Sequence record: LR756501.1
Strand: one strand, 5' to 3'
DNA: 64,000 nt
Below are positions 25,791 through 36,021 of this stretch, piece by piece. The translations under genes were made by a program, and so were the position numbers. The notes below the pieces were generated by a model. The model was not told the origin of the DNA. It worked only from the letters and a program-made list of their open reading frames with translations, and did no database searches. Every line of letters begins with the position of its first letter. The first letter of the stretch is position 1.

Positions 25791-26185
25791 TTAGCGTCAT
25801 TATAATCTGTAAGCTTTTCGATATTTTTATCACTATCCCAATGTTCTTTACCGTCTCTCCAAAGGACCTTTCCGTTCTCATCTACAACAGGGAAAAAATT
25901 GACGTAATTTTGAATTATTCTATAAATCATCCAAGAAGGAATAAACAAACAAAGAAGGGTTATTCTAACCCACATGTGTTCAACGGGATTGAACATGTGA
26001 AAAGCGTAGACAAAAGGAGATACATCCCATTTTATCAACGCGATAATAGAAGTAATAAAACCAGAGATAAAAATAAATACCTCCATAATAGTTAACCAAT
26101 ATTCAAACGTGCATCTTAACGCACCGCGAAAAGAGTTGAAATATTCTCTCTCCTCTACTTTAGTCATGTCTTTAAATTTCTTCAT
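25787..26185 (-). CDS. Hypothetical membrane protein
   Basis: Two hydrophobic segments; ATGA overlaps. Confidence 0.7.
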   Translation of the reverse strand: MKKFKDMTKVEEREYFNSFRGALRCTFEYWLTIMEVFIFISGFITSIIALIKWDVSPFVYAFHMFNPVEHMWVRITLLCLFIPSWMIYRIIQNYVNFFPVVDENGKVLWRDGKEHWDSDKNIEKLTDYNDAK

Positions 26186-26406
26186 TTTTCCCAGTTTTCT
26201 TCCCCGTAAGGGTCTTCTTTTGAAATAACTCTTTTAATTTCTTTCTTTTTTGGTTCTTCTTCTCTTCTACGGTGTTCTCTTTCTCTTTCAAAATCTGCTC
26301 TCTCGAAATCACCACGTCTAAGTTTTTCGAAATAAATATCCACAATCATCCACGTCATATAAAAGACAACAGGAAGAAATAATAATAACCATATCATATC
26401 GTTCAT
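26182..26406 (-). CDS. Small membrane protein with C-terminal DPYGEENW
   Basis: TM helix, charged linker, KRVISKEDPYGEENWEK. Confidence 0.75.
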   Translation of the reverse strand: MNDMIWLLLFLPVVFYMTWMIVDIYFEKLRRGDFERADFEREREHRRREEEPKKKEIKRVISKEDPYGEENWEK

Positions 26407-26754
26407 TTATTTATCCCAATCTTCTTCTCCGTAAGGATCTTCCTTAGTGAATACCCTTTTTATTGATTTAGGAACACTCCACCCGTAAGGATTATCAACA
26501 ACAACATCATTAAAATTTAAAATAACCCTATTATGAGCGTTTCTTTCCCTTTCTCTTTCCATTTTTCTTTCTTTATTATATTCACTAATAGCAGTCCCAA
26601 ATGTAACTACAAGGAATAAAACTATTAAAGACGAAATGAAAATAATACCAGTTAAAGCATAATTATTACCGATAAAGTGAGAAGCAACGAAGAATGGTAT
26701 TAAACCAAACAGTATCACTAATAACTTACCTAGTGTAGTTAGCTTGTTCCACAT
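26407..26754 (-). CDS. Membrane protein with C-terminal DPYGEEDW
   Basis: Two TM helices, KRVFTKEDPYGEEDWDK. Confidence 0.75.
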   Translation of the reverse strand: MWNKLTTLGKLLVILFGLIPFFVASHFIGNNYALTGIIFISSLIVLFLVVTFGTAISEYNKERKMERERERNAHNRVILNFNDVVVDNPYGWSVPKSIKRVFTKEDPYGEEDWDK

Positions 26755-26808
26755 TTTATATAAATTTTAAGAGAACAAATATATGAATAATTTTTAGAAA
26801 TAAAAAAA

Positions 26809-27849
26809 TTATTGATGAAATATGCTGTCTTTTGTGTCCCACTTTGTATAAAGATGGCAGTCACTCCTTAATATGAGATACCTTATATCCCCAGGATTTG
26901 TTTCAGCCATACAATCTTTATCTAACACAACAGTCAAATTTCCCATTTGATATTTTGGATAATGCCCACCCAAGTCTTTACCTCTATCTAAACAATACAT
27001 TTCAATATCATCTATAAACCTATCAGCAACCTTATTACCCTTTATCCACCTACTTATTTCACTATCATCGTGCCCAGCCCAAAGAACTCTGAAAGTAGCC
27101 TGATCTACACCTAACTCCTGTAATCTATTAATAACTTCTTCTGGTGACTTTTTATCGTAAACATTCACAAGATTTAAACTCAATCTCAATATAAACCCTT
27201 TCTGTTTAATCCTTTGGCATAAATCCTTCATATTAAACTGAACCCTTGGATGCATTCTTATAATACCAGCATTTGATTTATCATCAAATATATCTGATAC
27301 TGAAAGAGATATAAGATAAACACCAACTACATGTCTAAGAAAATGTAAATTATCATCGTTGAGCATTACACCACTTGTTTGTATTTCAAGTTTAAATGGT
27401 TTTTCAAGTCTGTTATTCATTTCACCTATCATTTTAAGGAAAGGTTTATTTTGAATAGGTTCGCCTGTACCTGTGAGGATAGCGTAATCACAACCCATTT
27501 TTCTTACTTGTTCGAACTTTTTGAAATACATTTCAGTAAAAAGTTCTTCATTAGATTTATCTTTATAAGTATCTTTTAACTGTGATATTTTAGATACACA
27601 AAATTTACAAGAATTAATACAACCGTGTGTTGGAACAAGAATAGACATACTCCTAACATCCACATTATATCGCGGCATTTCTCTTCTGTGATGCCTTGTT
27701 TTAGATTTAACTACAACTCCTAAATCTTTATCATCCTCAATATCAACGCTTTCAAAGACACCGTTAGTTTTCAACATATCTAAATAGTTATTAAGACAGT
27801 ATGGGCAGATTGTATTTTTATTAATATATTGGTTGAATTTGTCTATCAT
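26809..27849 (-). CDS. Radical SAM enzyme with N-terminal extension
   Basis: GCINSCKFC (CxxxCxxC), LTGTGEP, IQTSG. Confidence 0.9.
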   Translation of the reverse strand: MIDKFNQYINKNTICPYCLNNYLDMLKTNGVFESVDIEDDKDLGVVVKSKTRHHRREMPRYNVDVRSMSILVPTHGCINSCKFCVSKISQLKDTYKDKSNEELFTEMYFKKFEQVRKMGCDYAILTGTGEPIQNKPFLKMIGEMNNRLEKPFKLEIQTSGVMLNDDNLHFLRHVVGVYLISLSVSDIFDDKSNAGIIRMHPRVQFNMKDLCQRIKQKGFILRLSLNLVNVYDKKSPEEVINRLQELGVDQATFRVLWAGHDDSEISRWIKGNKVADRFIDDIEMYCLDRGKDLGGHYPKYQMGNLTVVLDKDCMAETNPGDIRYLILRSDCHLYTKWDTKDSIFHQ

Positions 27850-27855
27850 TCATAT

Positions 27856-28380
27856 TTACTTTAATTTTAAAACACACAGGGCTAGTAGTGTTTTACCGTC
27901 AACGAAATCAGTTCTTTTGATTTCTTCTTTTGTGAGTTCGACTATTTCAATTTCTTCGTTTTCACTTTCTAATCCACCACCTTGTCCAATCTTTTTTGAT
28001 ACTGTAGCGAAGAAAGTGGACATTCTTTCGTTTGTCTTACCTGGTGTAGTGTAATATGTTTTGACTATATTATTAATGGTATCAACGGCGTAACCGAGTT
28101 CTTCTTCAATTTCCCTTTTCATTGTTTCAACTTCGTTTTCACCAGCGTGATCAATCATTCCTGCTGCTAGTTCTATAATTTTCATTTTAGGACCAGGACG
28201 GAATTGTTTAACAAAGATATATTTATTCTTCACAGTATCAAAGACTACACAACAAACAGCGTCTTTAGAATTAAGATATTCTCTATTAACTTGTTGACCT
28301 TTTTTACCTTGTAAAGTTAGAGTATGAACTTTCATGTAACCTTGCTGGTTGGCAGGTGGGTTATCTGATATGATTTTCAT
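27856..28380 (-). CDS. Nudix hydrolase, ADP-ribose pyrophosphatase-like
   Basis: VKQFRPG, ELAAGMID...REIEEELGY Nudix box, YTTPG, EEIEIVE. Confidence 0.92.
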   Translation of the reverse strand: MKIISDNPPANQQGYMKVHTLTLQGKKGQQVNREYLNSKDAVCCVVFDTVKNKYIFVKQFRPGPKMKIIELAAGMIDHAGENEVETMKREIEEELGYAVDTINNIVKTYYTTPGKTNERMSTFFATVSKKIGQGGGLESENEEIEIVELTKEEIKRTDFVDGKTLLALCVLKLK

Positions 28381-28442
28381 AAGGAAATATTAGTTTTATG
28401 CTATATATAAAATTTCAATTTTAATTATCGCAAAGATAAGAA

Positions 28443-29615
28443 TTATTCTTTTACAAAAATAATTCTATCTGGAAATCTTTTATAGTACTCTTTTTCATCA
28501 GCTACAAAACATAAATTATATTCCTGATTAAACATAGCCTCTCCACCAACCATTGCAGTTTCTTCTTCCCTCCAATTAGTTATATGTGCTATATCACTCA
28601 AAGGAACACGATTCATATCTATCTGTCTTATATTCCAAATGTGTGTTTTTTCGTTATCTGCTACATATTTAATGAAATAATAAGTATCTGTTCCTATAAT
28701 TCTCTCGTAAATATCTAACCCCATATCTTTTAAATTTTCTAACACCCTTTCTTTAGTAATCCCGTATCTATTTAATTTAATATCAATGAATTTGAATTTA
28801 GTATCTTGTCTACCAGGCACTTGCCACCAATATAATCTCGATGTTTTGAACATATTTTTATCTGGGTGTGGTGAAGGTAGTTCTGATCTTTGGATTAAAT
28901 CGTAGAAGAAATTGAATCCGTTTGGTCCTGATGCTATTATAAATTTAGCACTTTCTTTCATATATTTAATTATATCTAAATAGATAGGTACGATAATATG
29001 TTGTGGAATATGTGAAAATTCATCAATATAAATTACGTCACCTTCTTTATAGATAGGATTTGGTTCAATCGATCTGGACATTGCTTGAATTCTTGAACCA
29101 CTTTCAAATACTATTTGTTTCTCGTTCCAGCAAGTTACACCTTGTTTCAAATAGAAAGGTAATAATTTATAAATATCTTTGAACTTTCTCATTATTTCTT
29201 TTGCTGTTTCACCCTTGTTAGCCATTAAAATAATGCTCTTGTTATCGTTAAATAAAAGAAAATGTAAAAATAACATACATAGGGCAGCAGTTATACCCAT
29301 TTGTCTGCTTTTGAAAATAATAGAATACTTATTATCAAACTGTTTTAGTATCTCTTTTTGGTAATCTCTTAATTCAACTCTACCAATACTACCGTCAAGT
29401 TGTTTTATCTTACAAAAATTATCAACAAAATATTCAACACTATTAGCACACCTAACGTACTCTCTTAACTCGTGTCCGTCTAATAAAAACTTAATACCAG
29501 CCTTTCTTGTACCTGGTATATTCTGAAACCAGATAGTCTCAGATCTGGATAGTTTCTCAGCATTTTTATACTTTTCCTCTATCTCTAAAATATCTTTTGT
29601 CGTGTAAACTTTCAT
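28443..29615 (-). CDS. Terminase large subunit (T4 gp17-like), ATPase domain only
   Basis: LRDYQ adenine motif, KSRQMGIT, MANKGETAKEIM, YIDEF Walker B, SGPNG, FNQEYNLCF; ends where the nuclease domain normally begins. Confidence 0.85.
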   Translation of the reverse strand: MKVYTTKDILEIEEKYKNAEKLSRSETIWFQNIPGTRKAGIKFLLDGHELREYVRCANSVEYFVDNFCKIKQLDGSIGRVELRDYQKEILKQFDNKYSIIFKSRQMGITAALCMLFLHFLLFNDNKSIILMANKGETAKEIMRKFKDIYKLLPFYLKQGVTCWNEKQIVFESGSRIQAMSRSIEPNPIYKEGDVIYIDEFSHIPQHIIVPIYLDIIKYMKESAKFIIASGPNGFNFFYDLIQRSELPSPHPDKNMFKTSRLYWWQVPGRQDTKFKFIDIKLNRYGITKERVLENLKDMGLDIYERIIGTDTYYFIKYVADNEKTHIWNIRQIDMNRVPLSDIAHITNWREEETAMVGGEAMFNQEYNLCFVADEKEYYKRFPDRIIFVKE

Positions 29616-29772
29616 AGCAATTTCTTTTTATGTTTATATATTGAACAAATTAAGTCCAAAACTTACAAAATTAGAATAAAATGAGATTATTTTGTACATT
29701 TTTAATACACAGTGAAATTATATACTGTTTTAGAATTAAAAAAATTGTTTTTTTAGTTTAATATATAGGGTT

Positions 29773-30780
29773 ATGAAGATGGAATTTTTAAAAACTTACG
29801 AAGAGTTTAATTTCAAGAATTTTGATCATTTATTCAAAAAAAGGGCTTACACTTTTGGTGGTAAGTACGACACAATATATTTATCTAATAATGTATTGAA
29901 CGCTATGCAGAACGTTGAGAATAATTCTATATCTTCTTTATTTATATCGTTGAAAAATATATCTAAAGAAAAACTTGTTGATGGTTACGCTAATTATTTG
30001 GATTTAGATGAGAAGGGCACTATATCTTATTTGGATGGTAGATATTTAAAAGAAGAAACAGAATATAAAGGAGCTTTCTTCACAGACCAAAGAAGACAAA
30101 ACATTAAAGTTACTAAGGTTCTTGCAAAAATATTAAAGCCTGAATATTTACCAACTAATCAAGTTGATGTTGAAAGATTTGCAAATGCTTGGAAGGTAAT
30201 ATTTGATAATAGATTTAGAGTAGAAGAAATGATAGGTGAAGAACTTTTAAGGGCATATAACTACAAAGATGAAGTTAAAAACTCTGGTGGTTCTTGTGCT
30301 TTATTCCCTAATTGTGGAAGTGTAGGTAGATTTGATATATTAGTTAAAAATCCAGATATTTTTTCAGCTATGGTAGTGTTTGACGGTCCTGATATTATAG
30401 GTAGAAGAATTGCAGTAAAAGGTACACAAATAAAAGATCAAGGATATTTCAAAGAAGGACAATATTACAAATTCTTAAACAATTACTACGGGCAAGGTGG
30501 ATCTGGATCAGCTGTAGATCAAATGATTTTAAAATTCGCTAAGAACGTGGAATTTGACGCTGGTTGGGGATATGACGGATTATATAGTTATAAAGATGAT
30601 AAAAAATTAGATCCTGCTAGAGATATATTCAGAATAAAATTACCAAATTTTAAACAAAAAGACAGGTACCCATCTTTTGATATATTCAGAGTTAATTTCC
30701 AATTAGAAGAAATAGCTTCAAGTAAACCAGCAGGAGAAGTAGGCTGGCAAGATTTCTACGGTGCCTATCCTCCACAATAA
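29773..30780 (+). CDS. Hypothetical protein, CTS-like N-terminus
   Basis: MEFLKTYEEFN; TAATATATAG at 29759-68. Confidence 0.75.
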   Translation: MKMEFLKTYEEFNFKNFDHLFKKRAYTFGGKYDTIYLSNNVLNAMQNVENNSISSLFISLKNISKEKLVDGYANYLDLDEKGTISYLDGRYLKEETEYKGAFFTDQRRQNIKVTKVLAKILKPEYLPTNQVDVERFANAWKVIFDNRFRVEEMIGEELLRAYNYKDEVKNSGGSCALFPNCGSVGRFDILVKNPDIFSAMVVFDGPDIIGRRIAVKGTQIKDQGYFKEGQYYKFLNNYYGQGGSGSAVDQMILKFAKNVEFDAGWGYDGLYSYKDDKKLDPARDIFRIKLPNFKQKDRYPSFDIFRVNFQLEEIASSKPAGEVGWQDFYGAYPPQ

Positions 30781-31716
30781 TTAAATCAAATTACAAAGTA
30801 CTAATTCGTCGTAGGTAGATTTTATACCTTCTTCTAAACTTATTTTAGGCTTCCAACCTAACTCTCTAAGTTTTGTACTATCTATGAACTTTCTTGGTGT
30901 ACCATCTGGATATTCAGAGTTAAATTTAACTTCACCTTTATATCCCACAATATCTTGTATAATCCAAGCTAATCTTCTAATACTAACTTCTACACCACTA
31001 CCAACATTAATTATATCTCCACTTTTATAATTTTCCATCAGGAACAAAGCAGCGTCAGCCAAATCAGACACGTGAAGGAATTCTCTTAATGGTTTACCAG
31101 TACCCCACAATTCAACAGATTCAGCGTTGTTCATTTTAGCGTCGTGAAATTTACGTATCATACCTGGTAAAACGTGTGAATTCTTTGGATCGTAGTTATC
31201 GTTAATACTACCGTAGAGATTCGTAGGCATTAATGAAATGAAATTAGTACCGTGTTGTTTATTATATTTTTGGCACATAATAATACCAGCGATTTTTGCT
31301 ATAGCGTAACCGTCATTAGTCTTCTCTAAAGGACCACTTAAAAGATATTCTTCTTTAATTGGTTGAGGACAATCTCTGGGATAAATACAAGAACTACCTA
31401 AGAATAAGAGTTTTTTAACACCGAATTCATGGCAACTATTAACAACGTTGCATTCAACCATAAGATTATCATAGGTGAAGTCTGCTGGGTATGTTGAATT
31501 AGCGTAGATACCACCCACTTTTGCTGCGGCCAAAAACACGTAATCTGGACGTTGAACATCAAAGAAATGTTCTACTTCATTTTGACGAGTAAGATCTAAT
31601 TCTTTATGTGTTAATGTAATTATATTATTAAATCCGTTTTCTTTGAGTTTCTTTACTATTTCAGAACCAACTAATCCTCTGTGTCCTGCAACGTAAATCT
31701 TATCAGTCTTATTCAT
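30781..31716 (-). CDS. fcl: GDP-L-fucose synthase
   Basis: VAGHRGLVGS, AAAKVGGIYAN, LGSSCIYP, YAIAK, PTNLYG, REFLHVSDLA, DGTPRK. Confidence 0.96.
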   Translation of the reverse strand: MNKTDKIYVAGHRGLVGSEIVKKLKENGFNNIITLTHKELDLTRQNEVEHFFDVQRPDYVFLAAAKVGGIYANSTYPADFTYDNLMVECNVVNSCHEFGVKKLLFLGSSCIYPRDCPQPIKEEYLLSGPLEKTNDGYAIAKIAGIIMCQKYNKQHGTNFISLMPTNLYGSINDNYDPKNSHVLPGMIRKFHDAKMNNAESVELWGTGKPLREFLHVSDLADAALFLMENYKSGDIINVGSGVEVSIRRLAWIIQDIVGYKGEVKFNSEYPDGTPRKFIDSTKLRELGWKPKISLEEGIKSTYDELVLCNLI

Positions 31717-31733
31717 TCCATAATTCTTATTTT

Positions 31734-32153
31734 TTATCTTATAGTGTCCATCATTTCGTTGTACCTGGTTTGATTGATTGTACCTTCAGCCAATAAATTA
31801 TTAAGATACACTATATATTTATCAATTTGTTCTTGTTTTCTTTTACTTGGTGGTGTTGCTTGCTCACAAGATTGTTTTAAAGTTGCAATAATCTTTTTTT
31901 CGGCATCTGATAAACTCTCTGTATATTCATCAGTTTTTTTCTGTATATATTCTTCTTGTTCTTTAGTTAATTTTATTTCACTATAATGAATAGCGTCAAA
32001 ATATACTTCGTTCCATAATCCTGCTGTATCGTCGTTTGTTTTAAAACTTTCACCAACGTAATATTCTCCTAATCCTACAAATTTATCACCGTGTCCTTCT
32101 TTTTCAAGAAATTCTAATTGTGATCTCATTTGTGATACTGTTGTTCTTTCCAT
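31734..32153 (-). CDS. Hypothetical protein
   Basis: Clean ORF in operon. Confidence 0.65.
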   Translation of the reverse strand: MERTTVSQMRSQLEFLEKEGHGDKFVGLGEYYVGESFKTNDDTAGLWNEVYFDAIHYSEIKLTKEQEEYIQKKTDEYTESLSDAEKKIIATLKQSCEQATPPSKRKQEQIDKYIVYLNNLLAEGTINQTRYNEMMDTIR

Positions 32154-32157
32154 AATA

Positions 32158-32610
32158 TTAAATTAATTTTTCTGCTGATTTTTCGAAATATTCTTCAGCA
32201 CTCGTAAAATTACCAGATTTCACTGCGGCCTTCATTTCTTTAACTTGTTCTAAAGGTCTCTTTGTCCATCCACTGTTCCAATAATCATCTGGGTATTTAT
32301 GTTCTTTTTCTTGTTTAACCACTCTTTTTTGAATTCTATTAACAATATCCCTATTGGATAAAGCGATCTTTCTAGATTCTTCGTAATTCTTATTGTCCAT
32401 ATTATCAATTAGATATAATAAATACCACTCAACATTTTCTATAACATCAAATTTATGTTGTTTACAATAGTTTATAAAGTTGATAATATTATCAACGTTA
32501 TGCTTACATAAATTCACACCGTGTAGGCTGTAAATCAAATCTTTTAACTCTTGTCTTGTTGGCTCTTCGTCAATAGCGAATGTACCATCTAATATTTCCT
32601 GTGTCGTCAT
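32158..32610 (-). CDS. Hypothetical protein
   Basis: Clean ORF in operon. Confidence 0.65.
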   Translation of the reverse strand: MTTQEILDGTFAIDEEPTRQELKDLIYSLHGVNLCKHNVDNIINFINYCKQHKFDVIENVEWYLLYLIDNMDNKNYEESRKIALSNRDIVNRIQKRVVKQEKEHKYPDDYWNSGWTKRPLEQVKEMKAAVKSGNFTSAEEYFEKSAEKLI

Positions 32611-33002
32611 TATTCAAATTTATTAAGTTTCTTCATTTCGTTCTTTAAATCTTCTTCGTAGAATTTTTCAAGATATTTAATTTCGTTATCACTCAGTTCT
32701 TCTCTCTCTTTTATAGCGTTGTAGTTACTTTTCTTAGATGCTTTAGTTACCTTTCTATCTTTAGGATCCCAGTACCACCCTGGCAATTTACTGCCTCTAT
32801 AATTTTTAAAATGTTCAGCCCACATATCAATAGCAGAAGCTTTATCGACGTTTTTATGATTAAACTTCTTTGCTATTTCTGGGTATTGTTTACCAAATTT
32901 ACGGTTGATCTTGAAGAACGCAGCAATTTTGTCCTCATCAGTTACTTGCTGGTAAAGGTCTTTATTAAGAAAAATTCTATCTACTATTTGTATGAAATCC
33001 AT
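32610..33002 (-). CDS. Hypothetical protein
   Basis: TAATG overlap. Confidence 0.65.
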   Translation of the reverse strand: MDFIQIVDRIFLNKDLYQQVTDEDKIAAFFKINRKFGKQYPEIAKKFNHKNVDKASAIDMWAEHFKNYRGSKLPGWYWDPKDRKVTKASKKSNYNAIKEREELSDNEIKYLEKFYEEDLKNEMKKLNKFE

Positions 33003-33041
33003 TAGACATTATATCGGAGAGATAATAAATTGTTTGAAAAA

Positions 33042-33485
33042 TTACATATGAACATTTCCACTAAATGACTTGTAAGAGAACACATTTTTCTTTTCTTTTG
33101 GTGGTGGTTCAATCAATCCCTTTTTAATTTTTAATTCTATTTCTGCTTTTTCTCTATCTTCTTTTGTTCTTCTATACATAAATTCATCAATTTCGTAAAG
33201 ACAATCCCTGAGACATGTAACTTTCTTTTCAATGATGATAGGATTAAATGGACCACTAACATCTTTTCTTATTCTATATAAGAAATCGTTAGATTTATAT
33301 TTATAAATTGAAATTATATATTTTACTGATGTACATATAGCTTTATTTTTTAAAACTATCTTAAATTTAAAACCCTCATTGTTTTCAAGCGCTGATATCT
33401 CTCTTGGCGTAAAATTTTCCTGTGGTTCTTCCTTTTGTACCTTCATTTCATATATAAAGTTGTTATATTTTTTTATATTATCCAC
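33042..33485 (-). CDS. Hypothetical protein, CTS-like N-terminus
   Basis: MDNIKKYNNFIYE. Confidence 0.65.
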   Translation of the reverse strand: MDNIKKYNNFIYEMKVQKEEPQENFTPREISALENNEGFKFKIVLKNKAICTSVKYIISIYKYKSNDFLYRIRKDVSGPFNPIIIEKKVTCLRDCLYEIDEFMYRRTKEDREKAEIELKIKKGLIEPPPKEKKNVFSYKSFSGNVHM

Positions 33486-33501
33486 AACTCTATATATAAA
33501 A

Positions 33502-33870
33502 TTATTTTAATAAAATTTCGAAATTGTAACCTTTGATTACGAAGTTCAAATATAGAATATCTCTGTATGAACCTTCGTATAGATCTATTGTGAATTCGTA
33601 TCCTAATTCATTCAACTCTGGAATGTATGTTGTAATTTGATCTACTACTAAACTTCTTATATCTGATACTGGCACTTTAGTTTCCCATAAAAAATATTCT
33701 AAATTACTACCAAGATTTGGCTCACCGTATAGAGATCCTTTATTTACAAATAATACCATTTCTAATTTTTGAACGATAACCTCAACAATATCATCTTCTA
33801 TAATTCTATCAGAATGAAATCTTGGATGGCCTTCGTATTTGATATACATATCTTTAAAATCTAGTACCAC
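33502..33870 (-). CDS. Baseplate wedge protein gp25/GpW-like
   Basis: EMVLFVNKGSLYGEPNLGSNLEYFLWE...ITTYIPEL; TAATATATA on minus strand at 33915-23. Confidence 0.75.
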   Translation of the reverse strand: MVLDFKDMYIKYEGHPRFHSDRIIEDDIVEVIVQKLEMVLFVNKGSLYGEPNLGSNLEYFLWETKVPVSDIRSLVVDQITTYIPELNELGYEFTIDLYEGSYRDILYLNFVIKGYNFEILLK

Positions 33871-34210
33871 ATCAATATATTATTTTTTGGAAAAAACGAA
33901 CTCTCATTTAACTATATATATTAAAAACACAAGCACCGAAAAAGTGGTAAGTATATCAGTAATCGATTATATAGGTAAAGTTAAAGAAGGAGTAGCAATA
34001 CTAATGTCCATCAATATAGATGATACAATATACCAATTCGTCTTCTGGTTCAATAAAGAATGTAAATACGTTTTATCAGTAGAAGAGAGACTCACAAAAC
34101 TCTTGAAAGTCAATACTATATATGAATACGAACATTTAGAAGAACTACTTAAAAAGATATTCTTGGCACTTCCTCCTGTTAAGGAATTATTCGAAAAATT
34201 CGAAATTTAA
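33839..34210 (+). CDS. Hypothetical protein
   Basis: ORF; true start probably downstream of the overlap with the gp25-like gene. Confidence 0.55.
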   Translation: MIYISLKSSTTSIYYFLEKTNSHLTIYIKNTSTEKVVSISVIDYIGKVKEGVAILMSINIDDTIYQFVFWFNKECKYVLSVEERLTKLLKVNTIYEYEHLEELLKKIFLALPPVKELFEKFEI

Positions 34211-34233
34211 ATAAAATCTATTATTTAAAAAAT

Positions 34234-34947
34234 CTAAATATATTCTATTTTCCACCCTTTATGGGCATTAGATTTTCCGCAAAGAACGTAACAAACATTT
34301 CTTCTGCATAAATTGTGATCTTCACAGAATTGTTTAACTGAATGTTCCTCGATGTAAATATTACCATCCGGATCAGTAAATCTAACAGGTCTAACTGTGG
34401 AGTTTGTAACTTTTTTTAAACTTTCAATTCTTTTCTTTTTATGTTCTTCTGACTGTTTCTTGCCTTTCAAATGATCATTTTCTTTCTTCTTTAAAGACAT
34501 TTTAATTTTAGATTCATCTGAATGGTGGAAATTCAGCTTTTTATGTGATTCTGATATATTTTTTTTATGTTCTTCTGTTAAATTTTGACCTCTATTCCAT
34601 CCCATTTTTAATCTAGATTCATCGGATGGTGGAACATAATCCCATTCACTTGCTCCACCTGGTTTTATATTATAACCCTTATCTGTTTGAGTGGTTTCAA
34701 ACTTTATGATATATTCTTTTTCTTTTTCATTTAATAGATATTCAGGAAATTCAAATTCATCAATTTTGAATCCATCTATTCCATATTTTTTAATGGCCCT
34801 ATGAAATGGAAGTTTGCTTCTTTTAACATCTTTAACGTGATCCTTTATTCTCTCATCAACAGTTCTTCTTGTTTGACCTACATATTTTTTATTATTAGTA
34901 AGATTTGTAGCCAAATATATAAATCCAATTTTATTACATATATCCAT
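34234..34947 (-). mobile_element. Free-standing GIY-YIG homing endonuclease with NUMOD3-type repeats
   Basis: GFIYLATNLTNNKKYVGQT...GYNI; TEEHKKNISES, SDESKIKMS, SEEHKKK repeats. Confidence 0.9.
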
Positions 34948-34980
34948 GTGATTATATATAATAAAAAAATAATCATATAT

Positions 34981-36021
34981 TTACAATTTATAATTAACTA
35001 TTTTACCATCGAAACTTTTCAATTTTATGTAATTATCATCTCTACTAATAATATTATCTGGGTAAACTGGAATTTTACCAGACTCAGTATCAATTATAAA
35101 AGTAGGTATAGCATAACCAGAAGTCCATCCACGTAAACCATTTATTATATCAATACCTTTATCTATTGTTGATCTAAAATGTGAAGAACCTATTATTTTA
35201 TCTGTTTGGTAAATATAATATGGATTTACTCTGTTAATTAACAACTTATGCATTAAATTTTTCATTGTTTCGATGTTATCGTTTATACCTTTGAGAAGAA
35301 CTGTTTGGCTTCTCATTACGATACCAGCGTTAGCAATTTTGTTTAACGCTTTAGAGCACTCTTCTGTTATTTCATCTGGGTGAATGAAATGAATAGAGAA
35401 ATAAACAGGATGATATTTTTTAATCATAACAAGAAGTTTATCAGTTATACGTGATGGTAGAACCACAGGCACTTTAGTGCCAATTCTAATCATTTCAACG
35501 TGTGGTATTGCTTTGAGTTTACTTAATAAGTATTCAAGTTTATCATCTGGTAAAGTAAGTGGATCACCACCTGATATGAGGACGTCTCTGATCTCTGGAT
35601 GCTGGGATATATATTCGATACCTTCGTCCCATTGATCTGTTTTATAATTCTTTTGGTCAAATATTCTTGATCTGACGCAATATCTACAATTAGTAGAGCA
35701 GAAGTTTGTTACTATGAACAGAACTCTATCTGGGTATTTATGTATGATGCAGTCAGTCTTTTTGTAGCGGTCTTCCGCTAGGGGGTCTTCCGCCTCTTCG
35801 GGAGATATATTAAACTCTTCCACACTAGGAACCACAGTTCTTCTAAGAATATCATTATTCTTAATAACGTCTAAAAAATATGGGGTGATTCTAAGTGGGA
35901 GATTCTTTACATCTGTTTTTTCTTCTTTCCTTAATTCTAATCTTTCTTTTAATTGTTGCGTGTTCTTTATCGAGGTGGCAACTTCTTTGAGCCAGACGTC
36001 CTCAGCATCAATTGTTTTCAT
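34981..36021 (-). CDS. kamA: Lysine 2,3-aminomutase family (KamA/EpmB) radical SAM enzyme
   Basis: HKYPDRVL, FCSTNCRYC, LISGGDPL, HFIHPDE, QTVLLKGIND, PYYIYQ, SGYAIP...GKIP. Confidence 0.92.
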   Translation of the reverse strand: MKTIDAEDVWLKEVATSIKNTQQLKERLELRKEEKTDVKNLPLRITPYFLDVIKNNDILRRTVVPSVEEFNISPEEAEDPLAEDRYKKTDCIIHKYPDRVLFIVTNFCSTNCRYCVRSRIFDQKNYKTDQWDEGIEYISQHPEIRDVLISGGDPLTLPDDKLEYLLSKLKAIPHVEMIRIGTKVPVVLPSRITDKLLVMIKKYHPVYFSIHFIHPDEITEECSKALNKIANAGIVMRSQTVLLKGINDNIETMKNLMHKLLINRVNPYYIYQTDKIIGSSHFRSTIDKGIDIINGLRGWTSGYAIPTFIIDTESGKIPVYPDNIISRDDNYIKLKSFDGKIVNYKL

